Shown here in pieces: positions 28,999 through 42,900 of a stretch of 64,000 nt of DNA. The notes under the pieces were generated by a model. It saw only the letters and a list, made by a program, of their open reading frames with translations. It made no database searches and was not told where the DNA came from. Origin of the DNA: Lama guanicoe (Eukaryota); assembly GCA_013239625.1 (NCBI GenBank), contig MU053482.1, forward strand, positions 2,395,168 through 2,459,167, written 5' to 3'. A program made the position numbers and the translations under genes. Every line of letters starts with the position of its first letter. The stretch's first letter is position 1.

Positions 28999-30856
28999 AT
29001 TAACACCCTTGGTGATTTTCTGTTGCAGACACCAAAATTTGGTGCTTAAGCTCCAAACAGGATCCTCTTGGCCAATCCCCTGGCTTCATTTCTCTCCCAC
29101 CACCAGTCCCATGGGGCCCCTCACTTCCCGGTTCAGTGTGGAGGCATCCTTGACTTCAGTTGAGATCACAGAAACTAACCTTAGGAGGCTGCATTTGTCA
29201 ATCTAATCATGCCTTCTTCCCTGGTCTGATTCTCACATCTTTCCTGAACACTAGAATTTCAGTGCTTCATTTCCTCAACCCTTCGGAAGGTTTTAACAGA
29301 GTTAAGACTTGTGTCTCCAAATGGATAAACCAGGAACAGTGCAGGACTCAGGGGGAAGCCAACTAGACCATTGCTAGATCACTTTTTCAATGCCAAATGT
29401 GCCACGAGAAACTATGTTAATAAAAAAAACAAACATTTGGAAGGAACTCAAGGAATGAAAAAAATGAAATTATAAAAAGGCAAAATCTTACAAATCTCTT
29501 CATCCGTAACTTTTCCCAGAAGTCCTGGAAATTTCTTCAGTAAATTTTTGTTCTGTGCAAATATTTGTTCTACCAAGACTGATTAGTAAAAAATAAGAAA
29601 AAGTTCATTTCTTCTGTAGTAATTGAGGTCATTCTATGAATTCTGTTAATATCAGCCAGCTACCCAGAAAGTAGGCTTGTTCAGTAGCAGACTTTGGCTG
29701 CTCATGTCGGGCATTTGCATTGCCAAAAATAATGATATCACTTTTCTAATTCCTTTTTAATGTATTTACACAGCTTAAACAGTATTTCTTGCTCTATACA
29801 TTATGAAACATTACGTGGAACAGCAAATTTGCTTTCCAAGTCAAATGGAAGGAAACCATGCAGTGATCATCCAGAATGAACTTGCTGGATTTAAAGGGGG
29901 TTCTATGTGAAGTGCCTGACAAATTATGCATCAAGAAGAAAAAAACCAAGGGAGAAACCTGACTGACACCGTAAGATTGTAAAAAGACAATGTTGCATCT
30001 TTATTAGCTAAAGTGAAACCAGATGTTATTTTCTGATTTTGATTTAATTCTGGGATTTCTAACAACATAAGTGAGGTTGTCCTTATTCTCAGAAATGGAA
30101 CAGGAATAAACAACAGCCCATCTTTCTTGAGAGCTTCTTCCTGTATATCAATTGGGCATAAAGATGCTCCTCTGAAAATATAAATGATGTCCCCCAACCC
30201 AGAACAGCTTATCATTGTCCAAAATAATTATTAATGTCAACAACTGCTACCCAGAGAAGTTCCCTTGCCGCAGCCCTTATGTGGGAGGAATGTGCCTGAG
30301 AAGGGGACTGAAATCTTGCCCATGGACCACCCAGCCTTTCCTCCACTCAATCCCCTCCCTCTCTCACCCGCTTCCTTTCCCCAAACACCAAAGGCTGGTC
30401 ATTCAAACAAGGCCCATAAGGAAGAGACCACCTGGTACAAGATGGTGATTATGAGTTGACCTCAACTTTTTGCTGGGAAAAGGTATGTGAACTAAATCAA
30501 CATCTTTTGCCACCAAAAATCCATTAACATTAAAGGAAACTTCAGAAAAGGAAAATTATTCGTAACCTCAACACCCTAGTGCAACCCTGCTTGCATCCTG
30601 CGGTCCACTCTGCTTCTAGCAGCTAGTTCTGCTGTGATCTCACCAGATGGGTTCTTCAAGGTGTTCTCTAATCATTAACAGCTTAATTTCCAAAATATAC
30701 CCGTGAGGTACCTCAGTGCTTGTATTTTACTAACAGATGAAGTAAGTGAAGCACAGGCTGGAGGTTAGATTAATGACTCTGGTGAGGAGCCCAGCGGGTG
30801 GGGTCTTGTCTTCTGCGTTCCAACCAGTGGGCATTGCACAGCACGGCTGCGATTCA

Positions 30857-31069
<213 letters not shown>

Positions 31070-31821
31070 TCATTATCCTCGGAAACAAAAACAGACCCAT
31101 AAAAGCAGTTAAGGATGTTTGCTGATGTCTTTAATCTTGACACATGTTCTCCTTTCTGGCATTTTGAAAGAGAAGTGCGTGGATCCCCAGAGAACTCTGG
31201 CTTAGGCTACCCTTCCCTTGACTAGCGTTAAGGAAATAAACTATGGGAAAGACTGGTGATGTCCTAGTATATCTCACCCTTGCACTAGTCTCTCAGGATA
31301 AGATGGCTTCCTTTCCTATCCTTTCCATTCCAGTTTAATGATTAAAGTTATAAGGAACTAGAGTTTTTTTGGCAAATTACACAACGATCAAATAGCCTCA
31401 ATGCTTTTAAATGATTTCTGATACTCAGTTAATCTTATCTTTTCTCAGTTTTATCTGGTAACTGGTTATCTACTTTTTTTTTTAAATCATATTAAAGAAC
31501 TAAGCCTTTGTACTCTTGCCTGTGAAATACTAACAGGTCATTGGGGTCTGTATTCATCAGTACAATTAATGGTACAGTTATTCATTAAGTTTCTGGATAA
31601 CAATCTTGGCTGTTATTTATATAATAATCTCTAGGCTGTTATTTATGATTTGATGATTATTATCTCCTGCAAATGAATGTTTCCTTGAACACCGCTTTTT
31701 TTTTTCTAATAAGGCCACTGCCTGAAATGGATCATTTGATGCTTGTAGAAGCTGACCTTCTCAACAGTTAGTGTAATTAAGGTGGCTCTAATTAAGCTTA
31801 CTCAATTATAACCTTTTACTA

Positions 31822-32100
<279 letters not shown>

Positions 32101-32829
32101 CTAAAGAAGTGCTGATACAGCTGGGAGGAAAGGGATATCAATGCAGCATTAACATTTGACGAAATTCATGAAAATCAGGAAGCATGTGGAGTACTCACGG
32201 TCATACCCCAAGTCTCTGCCAGCTGCAGGTGAGTTAGAAGGAGAACAGGTGCAGCTCCTCCCCATCTAAATAAGTGACATCTCTCAAGGAAACCTGACAG
32301 GGTGGCATGAGAGATGAATATGCCTCTGCCAACCTGCTAAGCCTTCCCTCTCTACTGGCAGATTTGAAGCCACTAGAAGTTCCTGTTGGTCTACAGCCAG
32401 TGACCTGCTAAGTATGACCACAACTGGCAGGAACAGAGCAAAGGGGGGACGCTCCTTCCCTCATCCTGAACCTTCTCTATTCAAGGTGAGTAATGGACAA
32501 AGCAAGAGAGGGTAAACGTGGTCCACCCCAACCACTCCCTTGCTGTAGATGAATGACTTCATCCTTGCAACCACCAATTAACTCCTATTAGAAGTCTACC
32601 TTTCCTTGAAAGGAGAAAGATTTGTCATATTTACATGAAAAATCAGCCACAATTGTTAAATCACACTTATAGAGATGAGGAACAACAAGCTAATGGCCTC
32701 CTAGTTCTGCATATCATACAGTAATTCCAAGTAATAGACAAATGCCATTCATTCAACTGCTAGCATCCAGGCATCCAGAAACTGATTTTACTTCCAGAGC
32801 TACCTCACTGTAAAGCCTCAGGGGGCAAG

Positions 32830-35100
32830 CTGAGTTCTGATTAAATATGACAGACAGAACATGCATGTTTATCTCTGTTTCCTCTCAAAACCTCACTGAA
32901 ATGAGAGTAAATAGATTTTTTAAGTATACATCCTTAAGGACAAGTAAAATAGAAGACAACAGATGAAATATGTCACATTTGGAAGTGGCATGTCAATGGA
33001 ATAGCAGGAAGTTCAACACTAGCAGTCTGCAGAGGATGCCAACAAGTGGGAAGCTCGTGTGAGCCTCAGAATCCCAGAGAGGCTCAGGAATTGAGGTACT
33101 AACGTTACTCTAGAGGAGGAGGTGAGGAGGGAGTTAAGAACAGGAAGATGGATTGAGAGTCTATGACAAATAAGCCTCCAGATAGCCATCTTAGTTCCAC
33201 AGCCCACAGCCCATCCCAATTTGGGCTACAGCAGACACATTTATCCTCTGGAAAAGTCAGACCAGAGAAGCCCTGGACTCAAGGGCACCAGTAACAGCAG
33301 AGGAGGGAGGGCGAGGCACTGTCAAAGTCTACCTTGTGAAAAGACAGGTCTCAAACTTTCAGCCCCACCCCCACCGCCCCAGTTCCCAGAGAGCTGGCAG
33401 CCAAGCCTATACCCCCAGCAGGAGACTGAAGGATTCATCTCCGGCTAAACTGATCTGCCCAAGTGAAAAGACCTATAAATATTGGCATTTGAAGATCTCC
33501 AAATGAAATGACTAAGCCACTGCCTAGTCACCCAAGCATAAAGCCCAACCAGGCGACAGAATATCCAGTTGGCTTTTTAGTGTTTCACTATAAAATAAGA
33601 AAAGTTAGTGAGAATTACTAGACATTTCAGGAAAGCCTCTAATATGAAATAAATACACCAAATCAAGTAAACAGGGGAAAAGGAACCTGAAGGAAATAAA
33701 GATAATACAGGGAACAACAGAGAAGTTAGAAAATCTTATAATTAACTTCCTCAGGGAGGTAAGAAAAGTATTCATGGATAAGAACAGGTCCCAACAACAA
33801 CAAAAAAAGTAAAACTCTTGAAAAATTAAAATATGAAAGCCAAAATTTTAAGAGAATCCTATAGAAGGATTAGAAGAAAAGAAAGAAAGAAAGAAAGAAA
33901 GAAAGAAAAGAAAAAAAGAAAGAAAGAAAGCTCTCTTAGAAGGAAAAACAGATATCAAGAGGAAAGAGAAGAAAATTTGAGAAGCAATCCAGGAGTTACA
34001 ACAGCCAGCTAACAGGAATTTCAGAGAGAAAGAACAGAGAAAATGGAGTAAAGAAAATTATCAAAGGAAAAATATAAGAAAATTTCTTAGAACCAAGGGA
34101 TGCAAATGTCCCTCTTGAAAAGGCCTACTGAGTGCTCTGTATAACAGGTGGGACAAATTCCACAGTGTGGGACATTGCTGTGAAATTTCAGATCACCAGG
34201 GACAACGAGAAGACCCTGAAAATACCCAGAGAGAAGCTTTTGTAGGTTCCATACAAAGAATCAAGAATGAAAATGACTTCTTGAACAACACTGAATGCTC
34301 AAAACTCTGATGGAATATTCTTCCCAACTCTGAATTCTTTACTGAGCCAAATTCTCAAGAAAGGGTGAAGGTAGAATATAAGGGCATTTACAGCCATGCA
34401 AAGTTTTAAAAAATCTATTTCTACACATGTAAATGGACAAAAGAGAAGATACGGGCTCTACCAAAACAGGAGCGTGGGGAAGGGATTTCCCAGCTGGTGC
34501 TCAGGGAGCGACCACGATGACAGCCCTGCAGCCAGCTCGGCAGTCAGGCCCCACTAGCGCAGGGTAGAAGCTTCAGAAGAAACTTTTAAAGAAGAAAATG
34601 GAATTGATAAGCTACCTGCTGTGTTTGAACACACTGAAAAAGGGTTCTAGAGCTCCGTCACAAATTTGCAGAAGAATTGGTAAGAGGTACTTAGAAAACT
34701 AAGCAAACAAAGAAGATACAATCACAGCACATACATGACTCGGGGTGAACCATATTTAGGTATTCATAATATGTAAACACATATGTTGATTTAAATTGTA
34801 AAACTATATTAAAGGTGTGGGGGCGGAGAGTGCATGTGTACTAAGGGAGGCGGACAGAAGAGCTACAAGTTAGTCTTCTGCAGGAAGTCAAAAGCTAATA
34901 TCTAAAACTGCCACATCAAGAAATAACTGTACACACTCCCTTTTCAGAAAGATGGGGGAGGGGGAGTCAGGAGAAGAAAAAATAACTAGGAGAATTTAAA
35001 ATTGCTGCTTTTGGCAAATGGGAAATTATGAGACAAGGAAATGGTGTATTCCATTACAAGCTTAATGGTACTAATTAAGTTTTTAAGGTTTTTATATTAT
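32830..35100 (+). mobile_element. Decayed HAL1/L1ME-like element with ORF1-like remnant
   Basis: A-rich strand with ORF1-like motifs (AGGAATTTCAGAGAGAAAGAACAGAGAAAATGGA..GAAAATTTC..GTGAAATTTCAGA); no old ORF2 seen downstream; approximate. Confidence 0.55.
33877..33930 (+). repeat. (GAAA)n microsatellite
   Basis: Imperfect GAAA array read directly. Confidence 0.9.
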
Positions 35101-35159
35101 TCATATGCACTATTTAAAGGCAATTAAAAATAATAATTTAATGGGGCAGAAAAGAGCCC

Positions 35160-35760
35160 CATTATTTGGAGAAAACTCTAATTTGGAAAGATACATGTAC
35201 CTAGTGTTCACAGCAGCACTATTTACAATAGCCAAGACATGGAAGCAACCTAAATGTCCATTGACAGATGACTGGATAAAGAAGATATGGTATATAAACA
35301 CAATGGAATACTACTCGGCCATAAAAAAGAACGAAATAATGCCATTTGCAGCAACATGGATGGACCTAGAGATTATCATACTAAGTGAAGTAAGTCAGAC
35401 AGAGAAATACAAATATTATATGATATCACTTATATGTGGAATCTAGAAAAAAAGTGATACAAATGAACTTATTTACTAACCAGAAACAGACACACAGACA
35501 GAAAACAAACTATAGTTACCAAAGGGGAAAGGGGGGAGAGGCATAAATTAGGAGTTTGGGATTAGCAGATACAAACTATTCTATACAAAATAGATAAACA
35601 GCAAGCTCCTACTATATAGCATAGGAAACTATATTCAATAGCTTGTAATAACCTATAATGAAAAAAGAATATGAAAAAGAATATATGTATAACTGAATCA
35701 CTATGCTGTACACCAGAAACTAACACAACATTGTAAATCAACTATACTTAAATTTTAAAA
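35160..35760 (+). mobile_element. 5'-truncated LINE-1 (ORF2 C-terminus plus 3' UTR)
   Basis: Translates [51 protein letters not shown]; candidate TSD AGAAA(A/T)GAGCCC at 35148-35159 and 35761-35772. Confidence 0.92.
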
Positions 35761-36588
35761 AGAAATGAGCCCAGAAATGCTACCTGCCTGGTAACTAATG
35801 GCTGCTTTGTATCTTACCTGACTATCAAATCCAGAAGCTATCAAAGATTGGTTTTGCTTAGCTCAAGCCAAGCTTTCTCCAGAATAATCATGCCAAAGCA
35901 TCTGTGTGATTCCCACCCCCACAGCCACCGCCTCTACATCTGCTCTCAACTCCAGCTCTGCTGGCAGACCTGCTATCAGACCTTCCTGTGTCCTCAGCCA
36001 AGTGCCACTCTTCTCCATTCATCTCTTCTGCCATTAACACAGGCTGAGTCTGAAATAGAACACTCAGTGGACAAAAACCCAGCCAAATCGCCATGCTAAG
36101 TCGGGACTGCCCAAAGTGCCTCTCTTGCCACAGTTACTCCAAAGGAAGGGATCTGACATGCACTGACCAACCAAGTCCCAGGCATTGGACTCTGGGCTCT
36201 TTTGCATATTATTGTCTTAACTGAGCTTCCTGATAACCCTAAGAGGTCAAATGTATTACATCCATCTCAGGGAAAGACCAGGACACAGAGGCTCGGGGCA
36301 GTGTGTCCAAGTCTCACCGCCAGTCCCAGCAGCGCTGGGATGCTAACCCGGCTATTCCGACAGCTGAGCTGGCACTCTCCCCGCAATACCAGGGGTCTTG
36401 GATGGTGACTAAGCCACACAGCAAGGAGTGGAGAACAGACACACCCTGGCTTGACAGGAGTGCTGACTCTGGTCCGGCTGGGCTGAGGGCACACGGGCCC
36501 CAGCTGCAGGACAGACGCAGTAAGTCGGGGAGGGGAAGAGACAACGGCAGTGGCGGCAGTGGCGCGGGAGGAGGGGTGAGGCGCCTAC

Positions 36589-36678
36589 CCATGAGCAGCC
36601 GTCGTTTCACCCGTTTATCCCCATCCACCACGGATGTGGCATTGCTCTCTGTCACCTCCAGAGCGGCGTCCTCGCGCT
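36589..36678 (-). CDS. SCUBE2: SCUBE2 exon 7, inter-EGF linker ([30 protein letters not shown])
   Basis: tgcag| ... |gtaggc; 90 nt; N-A-T sequon and basic KRVKRR motif. Confidence 0.95.
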
Positions 36679-37421
36679 CTGCAAGAGACGCAAAGAGCAC
36701 AGTTCTTAGGCTGAATGAGTCAGATTGTTCATCCAGTGCACAGCCACTTCCACGGAAATCCCAGACATGAGAACAATGTGAGATATGTGACTCTGTTCAC
36801 TCAATAAAAATGTGTTACAATGAAGCTCTATGGGAAACACAGCTTGTTAAATGGCCACAGAGCCTTAAAAAATATTAAATATGAAAAAGATTTTTTTTTG
36901 AAAAGTTTTTTTATTATACTGTACTGACCACAGACACTAGGGAATGCAAGCTTCAGAGTCATTCCAGAACCCCTAGTCCAGGACGAAAAGAATCTTGGAT
37001 GGGCGAACCTCTAAAATGGAGCTACACCCCATTAGGGCAGGGCAGGCCTCCTGCCAGAAATATGCAACCCTGACTCTTGCTGATGGCAAAGGCCACTGAG
37101 TCACCACAAACAGCTGGCTGTAACTTTGTGTTGTCCTGGCCTCTTGGGATGTGTTGTCCCAGTGCCCAGAATACCAGCTTTAAGAGTAGCCTAGTCCAGA
37201 AGAGGGGAAAGAGCTTTCCAAGATCTCACGGGGAGAAAGGGACCCCATCCCAGTCATGGACTGCTTTCTCTGCCCTGTGTGAAGCAGCATGGGACTTGTT
37301 TGAGGGCAAATGCACTGGAAACAGCCTGCATCTGGTACTAAACCCTATGAATAGTTAGGGTTAGGGTTCGGGTTGAGCAGGCTGGGGCAGACCCTAACCC
37401 AGTATGGGGGTCACCATTCAC

Positions 37422-37538
37422 CAAGGCAGCTCCTCCCATCCGCGTGCATCTTGTACTGTGGATGGCAGCTGCACTCTGGGCCTTCAGCAGTGTCCTCACA
37501 GGAATGCTGGCATCCGCCATTTCCATGGTTACAGGTCA
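37422..37538 (-). CDS. SCUBE2: SCUBE2 exon 6, EGF5 ([39 protein letters not shown])
   Basis: cttag| ... |gtgaat; 117 nt. Confidence 0.96.
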
Positions 37539-39867
37539 CTAAGCAGAAAATGAATCAATACATAAAACACTGAGATTTCCACTACTGGGGCTGCGTTTGC
37601 TACAGAAGACCTCTGATTTCCATTCAGGAAGTACGTGAGCACCTAGCACGTGCTTGGCACTGTGCATAAGAGAACCTCAGCTCAGGCCACAACCCTGTCT
37701 ATGTAAACAGGTAGTCACAATATGACTGGTAGAAATGCTGAATGACAGATTTGAGCAATGTTATATAGGAAGATAGATGGGAAGGTTGGGGGACATTTTC
37801 ACTATTTAACAGAAATTATACCAAAAGATTGTAAACTACTGCTTTGCTCTATCAGAAGTACTGGGGCATTTGGAAATGCTGTAGCACTTTATGACTGGAA
37901 CAGACAGACAACATTTAATTTGTATGTATGTGTTAGGATTTCTCTCATCAGATTCCATCTGGATTAGTTAGAAGGGAGGGTAATCAGAAGAAATGATGAC
38001 CCTTTGCACATAGTTAATGCAACATTAACCAATAATTACAAAGACTTTGTATGAACACATTAATGATAAGCCTCCACCCCATTAAAAAAGCCAACTACAA
38101 ACCTATCTATTTGTCAAACTGAACAGTGGTTACCTCTGGCAAAGGAAATGGGAGAGGGAAAAGTTATAATATTTTCTTTACATACTTAAATTCTTGCACA
38201 ATCATTTAAAAGAACTAAAAACATATTTGTGCTATGAGAAAAATATTGATCTGTGATTACAGCTGTGTACAAATTGTGTATGCATATAACAACTAAAAAG
38301 GAATATGAAGAAAGCAAGACAACTGATTATGTGATGGAATTCTGGAATTTTTTTCTTGACTCTTTCCTCAGGTGTGATTATAGTATTATTTGAGCAGTGA
38401 CATCTTAAAAACATTTAAATGTTTAAAAATAAGCTTTCAGGTATTCTACTGGCTCCTGACATGTGAAATGTGGAGAGTCTCACTCCATAGGTGAGTCTCC
38501 TGTGGAGACCTGGGTCCTCCATTCGAGGACACCTGGAGCCAGCCCCACTTTTCCGGGCCCTATGAGGCTGTCAGAACCTGTTGTTGGTGATGGTGGCATC
38601 AGTCTTGGTTTGTCAGGCTTCAAGGCTGCACTCTGCTTTGTGATGGAGACAACAGATAGAAGTCTCTCACCGGCAAAACTACCCCCCATCTCTGAGTTCT
38701 ACTCACTGTAAACAAGCATTCCTAGCAAATTGCAATCTTCTAGAAGGTTCATGGCCTGGAGAAGAGTTCCTAAAAGGAAACCCTCATTGCTTCCTCTCGC
38801 ATAAATCGTGGTTTAGTAACACCTTTAATGGCCGATTGCTTCCTGTTATCCGTTGGAGTTATTACTGTGTTTCATCTTGTGTAGCAGCTGTGTCTGGACT
38901 GTGTACACCATGTATTGACTTATCCGTCAAACAAATGCATATTGAGCATGTCTCGTGGTGGGCACCAAGGGAAGACCAAGAGGCAAAAATAAGACAAGAT
39001 CCCTGACTTGGAGGGGCACAGTTGGGCAGACAGACACAGAAACACACAATTCAACCCAGAGTGCCACCTGCTATAATGGAGGAATGTACAGTGCTGTGGG
39101 AGCCAAAACACAAACTGGCTGCCTTGTCTGAGGCCACTGGGGAAGGCTTCTGAGCTCGTGCAGCATGGTGATTAAGAGCGTGAGCCTTAGAGTCAGGCAG
39201 ATCTACGTCTGAAGCCTACAGTTGTCACTTCCTCCCTGTGTGACCTTCTAGCTGTAACTTCTGCACAATTTTCTCAAATGAAAATAAGAATACTTCGTTC
39301 ATAGGATGGTGGCTGTAAGAATTAAATGGACTATGGTACCTCTTTGGACAATCTTTGCACACATTAAACACTCCCCCCACAGTAGGTATTATCTTTATCA
39401 TTATTAGAAGTTCGGCAGGCTATTAAAGGTTGAGAATTTACCAAGCCAGGAAGGGAGGAAGGCTTGGAAAAGCCTTGGAGGCATGAAAGAGCACGGGCTG
39501 TTCTCCAAAGGGCAGGGAGTTTGGTGTTTGGGGAAAGGAGGCCGATGAGGTTTGTACAAGAAGCAGGAACCAGGTAGCAAAGAGCTGCCAGATAAGGAAA
39601 TTTGATTTTATTCTGTGGGAACAGGGAGACCTGGTCCCCATCATTCACACTTCTTAGTCCTGAATGTTATTTCCTTCTTACTGGTTCCTTTGGAAAACTT
39701 CATTTCCCTTCCCTATGGGAGTCTACTCTTGTGTAGTGAACTTAGCCTCAGTGGAAGTCAGTGTCTCATGCTGGCTGCCTTCCCTGATGTTTCTGATACT
39801 GGGCTGCAGAAGACAACCTCTGGAGCAGGATGGTTCCCAGTGCAGGTGTGCGCCAGTCTGTACTTAC

Positions 39868-39993
39868 AGACGCAGTCTCTCTGGTTCTTGGCCAGCTCAA
39901 AACCAGGCCTGCACTCGCAGGCAACGTTGCCCCTTGGGGCCTCCTTGCAGATGTGACTACAGCCGTGATTCTTATTCATGCAGCTCAGACCCT
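39868..39993 (-). CDS. SCUBE2: SCUBE2 exon 5, EGF4 ([42 protein letters not shown])
   Basis: tgcag| ... |gtaagt; 126 nt. Confidence 0.96.
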
Positions 39994-42900
39994 CTGCAAA
40001 ACAGCAACATGCAGCCGGTGAGCGGGTTGCGTCAGAACCCTGAGCCCCCCGGGGTGCCTCAAGGGGCTGGGGGATGGGCACAGACCTGCCTGCCTGGGTG
40101 TCCATCAGCCCCACATTTTAAAAGAATATGTCATTCAAATGAAGCCAGGTCAATTAACAGAGATATAAAAAATTTCTTATGTCACCCAAGAGCTAGCATG
40201 TTTCCACTCCCGCAAAGAGGTGGGAGCCCTCCCAAAACACTGAGAAGAAAGGATCCACCAGAAGCACTCTGCTGGGTGTGGAATCGGAGCCTGTGGACCC
40301 CAGGAACTGGTCCTCAGACTCTTATCTCTGCCATCTTGTTATCCATGCCGGTCAAGAATGGGAGGAGATAAAAAGACTCTACAGAAATCTGCAGACTGAC
40401 TGAGCCCCCGCTTTTTCACACACTCCTGAAGGTGATTTTCAGAAAATTTCAACCCTCCTTTCTACCCCCACCAAATCCACACTTCGGAAGTGACTGTGAC
40501 TACCGTATTTTGGCATCACCACTTGGACACCTGCCCAGGGAGCTCCCTTATGTGACCACCTTCACTTATCGCTGGGCTCTCCCTCAGCAGGCTCGGAGCA
40601 CAACAGCAGAGACAGCAGGGAGACCTTATACAGGTGGTTGCCTTTAGCTGCCGTGAAATCCTTTTCAGGCATACTATAATTTTCATTGGGCCTGATCTTG
40701 TGGTAACTGTGGTGGGAAGGGGATTATTTTCCTGGATGGTTTAACATGCATCTAAATGATGGGGTCATAGCAAAGTAGACATGTGTGGTTTGCCAGCCTC
40801 ATGCCTCTTCTCAATACCAATTCTTGAGAACTTTGCCACCTCCCAGCACTCTGAAGGAACTGTTCTCACACTCCAGAGTATCCTCAAAACCTCTGCCTGG
40901 TTTCTATGACATTAATAAGTACATATTCATGTGATGCTTCTTTCCATTTGTGCAATGCAACTCTAAAACATCTTTGAGGGTAGGGATTTTGTTCTCAGGG
41001 ATTCTCTACTAACATAATACTTTCTAATACTGAAAGTGGCACTGTTTTAACATGAGTACAAAAAATTTTCATTCAACTTCTCTACGATCCAATACTGTTC
41101 TCTGCTGTGTCCTGAAAACCTTAGCCAATTGGTTCTAATGAAGTCAAAGTCATTTCTCTCCAAATCTCACTATGGGGCCATTGATCTATGCTTAACTGGA
41201 ATGATTGTTTTAATACAAACAGATGTTATTCCTATTCTGAAAGACAGTGCAACAGTTAATACATCCCATATTCTCTTAAAACCATCTTGTTTTTTATCTG
41301 ACAGTTACGAGCTGTTTGAACTCTAGCACTCAATCTGCTGGAAGTTGCTGGGATTCATTCACCCATGCCGAGGGCTGCTGTCAATTAACACAGAAGGAGG
41401 CTTGCACGGGGTGGGCAGAAAGCTCTCTCTTTGCCCTGGCTGGTGATTTCTGAAGATTTTATTTGCTCCCAGGACTGAGATGGCACAAGAAGGTGAGAGC
41501 TGCCTCCAGGAGAAGTGTCCTGTCCTCCTAGGAAGGCCCAGCAAGCATTACATTTGTCCTTGCATCAGCAGAGCATTTGAAATAACAAGCTCCAGGAGCA
41601 CCTAGGGAGAAACATAACAGGGCCCAAGAAAAGGCCGCAGTAACACGTGGAAAGTATACTCCCAAGCAGGCCAGCTGCTTCTTCCTCTTCTTCTTCTTCA
41701 CTCTGTTTACAAGTCTTTTAAGACATTTGCAAAGTGACCTTTACTGCCTCAGAGCAATTCATTTACACAAGAAATATTTCATAAGAACTGATGGTGTGCC
41801 AGATACCATGGGGATACACAAAGAAGTTGCCCCCTGATGTCACATCATATTAAGCAAGACCTAAAGTTACCAGGAGATAGTGGAGGTTTAAATGGCTCTG
41901 GAAATGCTAAGGGCTTTTCAAGAGGTGACCTCAAGGCTTTCCACAGTAACCTGACTCAAAACAAGGCCACTGCCAGGGGAGGCAGATGGATCTGGTCCAA
42001 ACTGGGAGGTTCCAGGCTCCCCCTAGAAACTAGCCTGGCAGTCGTGTTTAGGGTTGTTAGTTCACCAGGAGGTTACCAGTTCAGAAACATGAGAAATACC
42101 CCATTCTGGTGGTCCCCAGACTCAGGGTTTCACTGAAGAATATTTCTGGAAATCGAATAAAACTATGCCTAGCAAACAGGGCAAGGGAAGGGGGAAACAG
42201 CCCCTGCAGAGCGCACAGCCGCTTCCTCATTTCCCTGCTGCCTTCCCCATGCCTTTGAAAAGGCAGCGGTGCAAACTTCTAAAAATATTCTCAGAGAGGA
42301 CAAAACAAAAGGGGGATGCTCATTTTGAGAGCCTGAGCACCCATGAATAGGGACAAAGGCCGGCAGGGGTGGTGCGTCTCTCTCCAGCCTACCCCCATTA
42401 CATGGGTGAGAACACACAGTCTCTTTAGCAGGGCTTTGGGGTCTTGAAGGATGAAAAAAAACAATAACTTGTGTTTCCCTCAGAATCAGCTATTATGATC
42501 CCCTATATTGAAGAAAACGTAGTAAATAATTATTAAAAACAACAACAGCAACACTAGCAAATACTAACCTGCAGTGTCTGCCTTCTTTCAACCACTTTCA
42601 GAGAATCAACTGTGGGTTTTAAAGTCTATTTTAATATAATTTCTAAGGGTTTAATGTGCATATAAAGGAGAAAATTCTAAAGGAACACTGTTTACAGATG
42701 GCTCTATTTGAAGAGTTAAAACCCTAGGATACAAGGGTCAGTTACAGACCACTGTAATCTGCTGGCCCCTGCCCCCACCATGAATTCGCCAAGCAATCAG
42801 GTCGAAACACAACAGAAAATCACAGAGAACGCTTCCAGACCACAACTCAAATTCTTGGATTTTGTTTTTTAGCTCCAGATGTATATGCTCATTTTTAAAT

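Noticed and set aside
29350..30220. AT-rich, apparently non-repetitive intron 9 block with a 94-aa minus-strand ORF
   Set aside because: The frames I translated gave no recognisable protein; a pseudogene or conserved element cannot be supported without an alignment.
35105..35446. 113-aa ORF with protein-like sequence
   Set aside because: It is the C-terminus of LINE-1 ORF2 in a truncated insertion, not a host gene.
39664..40371. 235-aa plus-strand ORF antisense to exon 5
   Set aside because: No recognisable homology and no promoter or splice support; most likely a chance ORF.
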